In this document: positions 58,373-64,000 of the stretch, piece by piece
Layout of the letters: each line of letters opens with the position of its first letter
Numbering within the stretch: position 1 is the stretch's first letter
Assembly (NCBI GenBank): GCA_004431415.1
Contig: QPMI01000526.1
Coordinates: 193,175 to 257,174 of the forward strand
From: Cyanophora paradoxa CCMP329
Taxonomy: Eukaryota > Plantae > Glaucophyta
Direction of reading: 5' to 3'
DNA length: 64,000 nucleotides
Program-made: the position numbers and the translations under genes
The notes under the pieces: model-generated
What the model saw: only the letters and a program-made list of their open reading frames with translations
Told to the model about the DNA's origin: nothing
Database searches by the model: none

Positions 58373-58889
58373 AATTTAGACGCAGGAATGGACGGTCCTC
58401 AGCTGAAGTATGTTCTAGAGCGTAAGCATCGCGGGCTCTCGCTGCTGCCTCAGCAGTAGTAAAGTATCCGATGTGCTTTTTGCGACCATTTATCCGATAT
58501 TCCGCCTTCCATTTACCACATCTCTGATCGAAGTAAACACCAATGAATCCTGATGTGTTATTTCGGAACTGTCCTCGGTTCAGCTGTTGCTGCCGCTTTG
58601 TTGCCAGTCGAAGATTTTCGCGGCGGTTATCAAGCTTGTTCAGATTTATATGATCAACAGTTAATCCGTTCTCTAATACGCCGCTGATGTAGTTGTGCAA
58701 GAACACGGTTTTTCCATTGATTAGGGTTCGAGCATATCCATACATCAAACACCAGCGGAATCCAAGCACTCGCACAGCATCTTCTGTGAAACAAGGGCGT
58801 AGGCGATAATTACTCGACGATGATTGCGGATTCCACCAAGCGCGAAGGATAGCAACAGCTCCTTCAGAGACATCTGGAATTGTCTCCAT
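58320..58889 (-). CDS. HNH homing endonuclease with C-terminal AP2 DNA-binding domain
   Basis: VDHINLNKLDNRRENLRLAT; NNTSGFIGVYF..KWKA..HIGYFTTAEAAARARD. Confidence 0.93.
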   Translation of the reverse strand: METIPDVSEGAVAILRAWWNPQSSSSNYRLRPCFTEDAVRVLGFRWCLMYGYARTLINGKTVFLHNYISGVLENGLTVDHINLNKLDNRRENLRLATKRQQQLNRGQFRNNTSGFIGVYFDQRCGKWKAEYRINGRKKHIGYFTTAEAAARARDAYALEHTSAEDRPFLRLNFTDESVSHQEHPSVATQ

Positions 58890-59293
58890 ATCTCTTCTTT
58901 ACAATCTGAGATTGCGATCTCTTTAAGACAAGTCCAAAATCGGGCAAATCTGTAAGATCTTCTACAGTTGGTTTCCTCTCTCGCTCTACATATTCAAGCA
59001 TCCCGTTTACTGTTGACAGATCGTTCGATTGACATATTTCAAAGCACGCTGCAATTGCCTCTTATCGTACTCACGCAGATGTTCCCAAGACATTAGCCAT
59101 TCGGCATATTTCGGATCGGTTAAAACAACCTTCAAATGAGTCTCACCGCGGTACTTTCCAAATCGAATTGTTTCCTGCGGCCATTCTTTGAATTATATCT
59201 CGGATTTTATGTTCGAAAATTTAACGCAACACAAACCTGCGATTTATGCCATAAAAGATTTCGCACCTTGTTTGTGACGAGAAAATCAAAGAA

Positions 59294-59580
59294 ATGGATG
59301 TTGAATCATCAACTAAACAGCGTGGTCGCAAACCAATTGTTGTCACCCCTGAAATCGCTGCTGCACGAAAAGCAAAGCGTGCTGAGAGCCATCGCCGTCG
59401 TTACAACGAAGATCCAAGAATTTCGCAGACGACACATAGAAGCCAGCTCGAGGTACCAGCAGAACAACAGCGAGAATCATTTAGAGGCCAATCGCCGCTA
59501 TCGCAGTCGAATTTACGAAAAGTTAGCGCTTCTAGAGTCCCTCCAACAATGTGTTTGTTATAGCCGTTTGACTAGCCTTC
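59294..59580 (+). pseudogene. Small basic putative DNA-binding protein, frameshifted; related to 25489..25752
   Basis: RGRKP..RYNEDP then, in the adjacent frame, EFRRRHIEAS.. Confidence 0.55.
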
Positions 59581-60690
59581 GGTCTTTGTTCTCTCTAATA
59601 TTCCACCAGGATTTAACTTGACAGTTCCAGCTGTCGCAAGTTGCTTTTTGAAGGCGAAGCAGCTTCTTATTTTTTTCAATGTCCACTCGATCTAAGTTCT
59701 CTCGCATCAGATTTAGCTCCTTCTTTCGTCGTTGCATTGCTCTCTGTGCTGCATTTCCCGCACGACGTTCCTCTGAATCTACTGGGACCTTTAAAAGTTG
59801 CTGGTAGTTCACCGCTTTGTTGTAGCCCGAAAGCGTAATTTGAGCAGCGGTCCAAAGCCACCTATCTCCATAATCGTATAGATTTTTTGAATACGTCGGC
59901 TTTGAAGATTTGTCGAAACGTTTTTTCTCTAGCTGCACCCGCACGCGATCGCCTACTTTAAATTCGTCCTCCTTCAGGTAGTGTTGCTGCTCGTACACTT
60001 CTCTCTGGTAGTCGTTGCGTGCAATAGTTTCCTTCGGATTCTCTGCTGCAGCGTTTGGCGATGTACCAATTGACCTATGCTCTGACGAATTATAATTACG
60101 CACAAATGCGGGCAGCTTGTCGATGTACCTATCCGTGTCATATGCCTCCATATACCGTGCAAAATTCGCTTCAAAGTTCCATTAAATCTCTCTATTTTGC
60201 CGTTGGCTTGCGGTCGATGCGCTTCCACAGCATTGTGCTTTAATTCCCTCAGCTTCTAACAAACTACCAGCTGAAGCTTTAAACTCCTGATCTGTCTGAA
60301 TAATATCCGGCTTGGCTGGAAACTATCTATGAGTTTCCGTAGTGTTGAAAGGAGTGTACTTCGCTCTTGTTCTTCATTGGAATGCTGTAGGCTTTCCGAG
60401 TCACTACGTCCACTGCGTTCATTATAAAGTGAATGCCGCGGTTTGTTTTGGCGTATGGAGTCACGTCGATTAGATCTACTTCGTAGTATATTTCTCTGCT
60501 TTGTCGTATGTTATACTTGTGAATGGTTTCTCTTTCTGCGGCCTCGCAAATCTTTGCGCTGTCGATAATTTCTCCAGCACTGCTCTTACTCTGGCAACTG
60601 GTATTTTCAACTTCTTGGCAATACGTGTGGCCGACTGAAGCCCTATTTCTGGATCATAGTATACCTCCTGAATTCGGGCTGATTACTCAT
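59558..60690 (-). pseudogene. rve integrase of element 2, frameshifted
   Basis: YYDPEIG, EVDLID, VDVVTRKAY, IQTDQE, ANGKIERFNGTLK, YNSSEHRSIG, FKVGDRVRV..FDK. Confidence 0.88.
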
Positions 60691-60699
60691 GGGGAACCG

Positions 60700-63600
60700 T
60701 GCTGTAATAGTCATCCGAAATTATCTTTCGCTTTGTGTATTCCGTCTTATTTAATACTCTGCTGAAGGAATCTGGATGATGAACTAAAGCCAATCCCTGC
60801 TCGCGTTGCTTTCCATTCGGTTTGAAGACACGAGAGCAAGTTTAGACTCAATTGTGCACTCTGGCTGATACCGGCTCTCGAGCAATCTGCTTGAACGCTT
60901 CCAAAGCGACCCGTGATTCGAGGTGCCCCTTCCTCATCTCCGGATCACTCGAAAAGCCAGTTCTCTTCTATCCAGCTCTTCGGTATTCCTTTCTTACGCG
61001 CACATGCACGTCAGACTCCCCATTTTGCCTTCACAAAACGACAGCAGTAAACCTTGGGTCCAACGAAATACGCCTCCACGATGTGCCCTCTGGATAGTAA
61101 TCTATTAGTTTTCCCAGCTCGTTCTCGCATATCGCCCTGTTTGCCTCCTCTTCTGACATCCCCTCCACAGAGTAAGGCCGCTTCATGCAATCAGTCACCA
61201 GCTCTGCAAATTTCTGTGCACCACAAGCGAGTCTGTGTCTGTGTAAAACGGCATGGCTTCGAGTCTTTTATAAGAGTTCATCTTTACTAGGAACCTGTCC
61301 ATTATCTCGCGACTGTAGGACAGAATAAATGCTCCAATAAACAGGGCTTCGACACACAAGCATCACGTTTGCTCTCAGGTACTTCATATGTCGCATACAT
61401 CCGTGTTTCACTCTCAATTTCGATGTCTGTAATCGTAGACGTCCGCTGTAGCTCCTTAAATCGGCGGTAATTAGAAACTAGCTCCGTTGTTTCAATCACG
61501 GGGTCGCTGGGCAAATTTCCCGTAAAGACCATTTAATTGAATCTTTGCTGTTGCGTACTGAGCTGTTTCCCTTCCTTGAACGTGCTTTCATACAGTATAA
61601 CTTCTCGATGTAATCTTTAAACATTCTCTCCTTTCCCTCAAATAAATACACCTCATGAACCTCTGTTATTTCAACCCCAAGCGCTATCGCCCTGTAGATA
61701 TCAACCGATGTATACATCTCGCGCTCGATCGGTTTCAGCGTTCGACCAGCCCAAATTCGACTCGTGACGAGGTAGCGGAGAAAGCACAAGGTCCTGAGGA
61801 ATTTTCGCACTGATGTTCGCAATGAACAGTTGCTCCATTTTTCGACTTAGCATGAACTTTTCTAAAACGTTCTAATGCCTCCGGTTCATTGATTAGCTTA
61901 AATTTACTGTAGGAAACTGGTTAAAGTACATCGCGGTCGGATATAGAGAGACCACATCCAGATCTACCAAGTAATCATCTGGACCCTTGAGACAAACTTG
62001 CGTTTGAATGGTAAACAGCGACCTCCGTAAATTGCTCTGCGAAAAATCTGATCTTCGGTGTATTTTGGAATTGCAGCTCTGTCTTCATCAGCTGCGGTAA
62101 TTCACATTTATTCCAAATAGCTCAAAGCTCGTACTCGAATATTTCATGTATAGCTCCGTCATTGATCGCACGTCGGCTCTAAGATATTCTCCCCATTCCT
62201 CCTTGTGTGTCTCAACGTCTGCCCACGTCTTGATCTTGCGATGGTCAAAGTCTCCTTTGATTGTCGTGCAGCCGTAGTCCTTTCCAGCCTGTTTTAGTGA
62301 ACCTTGAATATGTAGGCATGGGTCAAAACTCGTCAACTCTCCTCCTGCTGACGTCTTCCATTTCATACTCTTAATCTTGCCCGAGGAGCGCATGACGTTC
62401 ACCTGGCTGTCTGGCCGATTCTCAATCAGCCATCGGTATATGAATATCAGATCAAAACCCGCACCGTTGTAAAATACTACTGTGGTCTTCTCTGCCCAAG
62501 CATCCAGCCATTGCATGAATTATTTAATGTTTCAGGACCGTAAAACATCTTGGTTCCTACAATTTCGCCCTTGCAATTATGTCTGTGTCAACAGCATAAG
62601 GAACGTGGGTCTTGCCATCACAAGGAAATGTTTCAAAGTCAGCCCTATCACGCTATCCATCGCTGTAAATTCACTCTCCTTTTCGCAAGGGTAATCTTTC
62701 TTCCAATAACACCTTTGTTTCTGATGGCGCAACGCATTTGTTTGTGTGATCTTCAATTGGATTGTAGGCGCAACGACATCTAGCACAAAACTGACAGGTT
62801 AGCTTGTGTCTTTCCAGTTCGAACTGCATTTTCCCGCAGGCACTGCACTTCTCCATTCAGTCGTTCTTTTATCCTTAATCAGGTAGCAGTGCACATCGAC
62901 TATACAAAGGTGAGCACGTTTTTCAAATCCTAGATCGGTCGCAAAAAGCAGCTTAAACTTTCCTTGCGAAAACTCAAAAACGCTGGTGTCTATTCTGTAA
63001 AAAGCGCTCAGCTTTAATCGTTGGCACATCAACTGATATCATTCCTCGCCGCAGTCCTAGCTGTGTTCTAATCCCTCCGTAGTCCAGTCTCTGAAGTTGC
63101 TTGTAAATTCGATCAAGGCTTATTCTTCCAGGGTTTAGCTTCACATATTCAAAACACTCAAGCACACAGTTGTCTTCTGGTGAAATCGGACAGTAGATCT
63201 TATTCATGGTCAGGGCTTTGCCATTGAATGGGAGTTTGGTACGTTTCCAAGTGCGCCTGCAGCGTTCTCTGCAATGAGCACCTCTATTTTCACTACTGGC
63301 CAAGGTCGTTGTCTTCATATGGCTGCTGCGCTAGCATCCATTGTTCCATCTTTTCAGCCAGATTTGACAAGAGCGACTGCATTGTGCCCTCTTCGATTGT
63401 TGCTAGTTGAGTGCGATACATGCGAAAGTTATCGAAATGAAACCGAATTAGGACGCTTGATCCTATTTTCTCTGGAATTCGCAGCTCTCTCAGAAACTCA
63501 ATCGTGATCTCTTTAACCCGCTCAGGTATTGGAGTCGGATCAATATCCAAAATATCCTTGGTAAATAACAACCCCGGATATGCATAGTGAGTATAATTTA

Positions 63601-63931
63601 ACACGGTATCACCTCGACCTGTCTCGCGAAATAAATTCGAGATCCCATACTCTACAATTTCATCAAACTCTCGCGTGGCTTCAATTCGAGCATTGCGTTC
63701 GTTCTCAAAATGACTTGTTATCCATGACTGGTACAAAGGGCGCTGCGGCCGGTTCGTCTGTCTAAGTCTAAGCAATGTTGAAAGATTAGCTCGAAGATTT
63801 TGTGTGTGGGTTCCCCTCTGTGGGTCTGCTAGTCGCATCAGTGTGTTCAAATATGTTCCGTTAATGTACCTAAGATTGTGTAGCTCCTGCGCTAGACTCC
63901 GAATTTCAGCTCTCAGATTGTTCCTGTCCAT
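60700..63931 (-). pseudogene. polB: Protein-primed PolB of element 2, heavily frameshifted
   Basis: EDNCVLEC, VHCYLI, FYNGAGFD, KGDFDH, YLRADV, IYGGRC, motif A DVVSLYPTAM (~61940), motif B LNGLYGKFAQ (~61520), motif C TDTDSL (~61235), LGPKVY. Confidence 0.88.
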
Positions 63932-64000
63932 TATGAATAGGTCTCTACAATATTGGATGGCCGAAAACTTTTTGGCATTTAATCGCAGACAATCTCTGAT

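Larger units (their letters stand above)
43348..64000. mobile_element. Second endogenous Polinton-like virus (element 2), over 20 kb, runs off the window, many frameshifts
   Basis: AT-rich intronless block with MCP, two pentons, ATPase, integrase, pPolB, fibre, patatin and HNH-AP2 genes; left end approximate. Confidence 0.92.

Overview
Eukaryotic (protist-like) genomic window: a very GC-rich host background with many short GT-AG introns carries three large insertions. (1) 1-20 kb is host DNA. It holds two tandemly duplicated multi-exon genes with coiled-coil N-termini and a divergent HECT-type E3 ligase domain, a damaged Sdt1-like HAD nucleotidase gene between them, and G-rich repeats. (2) 20487-31773 is a complete AT-rich 11,287-bp endogenous Polinton-like virus (element 1). 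It has identical 357-bp terminal inverted repeats and a 6-bp target-site duplication (GAGGCG). It encodes an A32 packaging ATPase, a major capsid protein (one frameshift), a penton, a protein-primed PolB and an rve integrase, with no recognisable adenain protease. (3) 31864-~34547 is the 5' half of a host Nha1/Sod2-like Na+/H+ antiporter gene. It is cut off by an APE-RT-RNase H non-LTR retrotransposon (~34.55-43.3 kb). (4) From ~43.35 kb to the window end is a second, larger and frameshift-ridden Polinton-like virus (element 2). Its capsid and ATPase genes are homologous to element 1, but its pPolB and integrase are of a different type. It also carries two pentons, a patatin lipase, an HNH-AP2 endonuclease and a ~1850-aa phage-style fibre with an S74 chaperone. 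Both viruses share a covarying stem-loop (loop CTTGT/ACAAG) at gene 3' ends and have very short head-to-head promoter gaps, which hints at virophage-like use of a giant-virus transcription system. All protein calls come from motif recognition by eye; no database searches were run.
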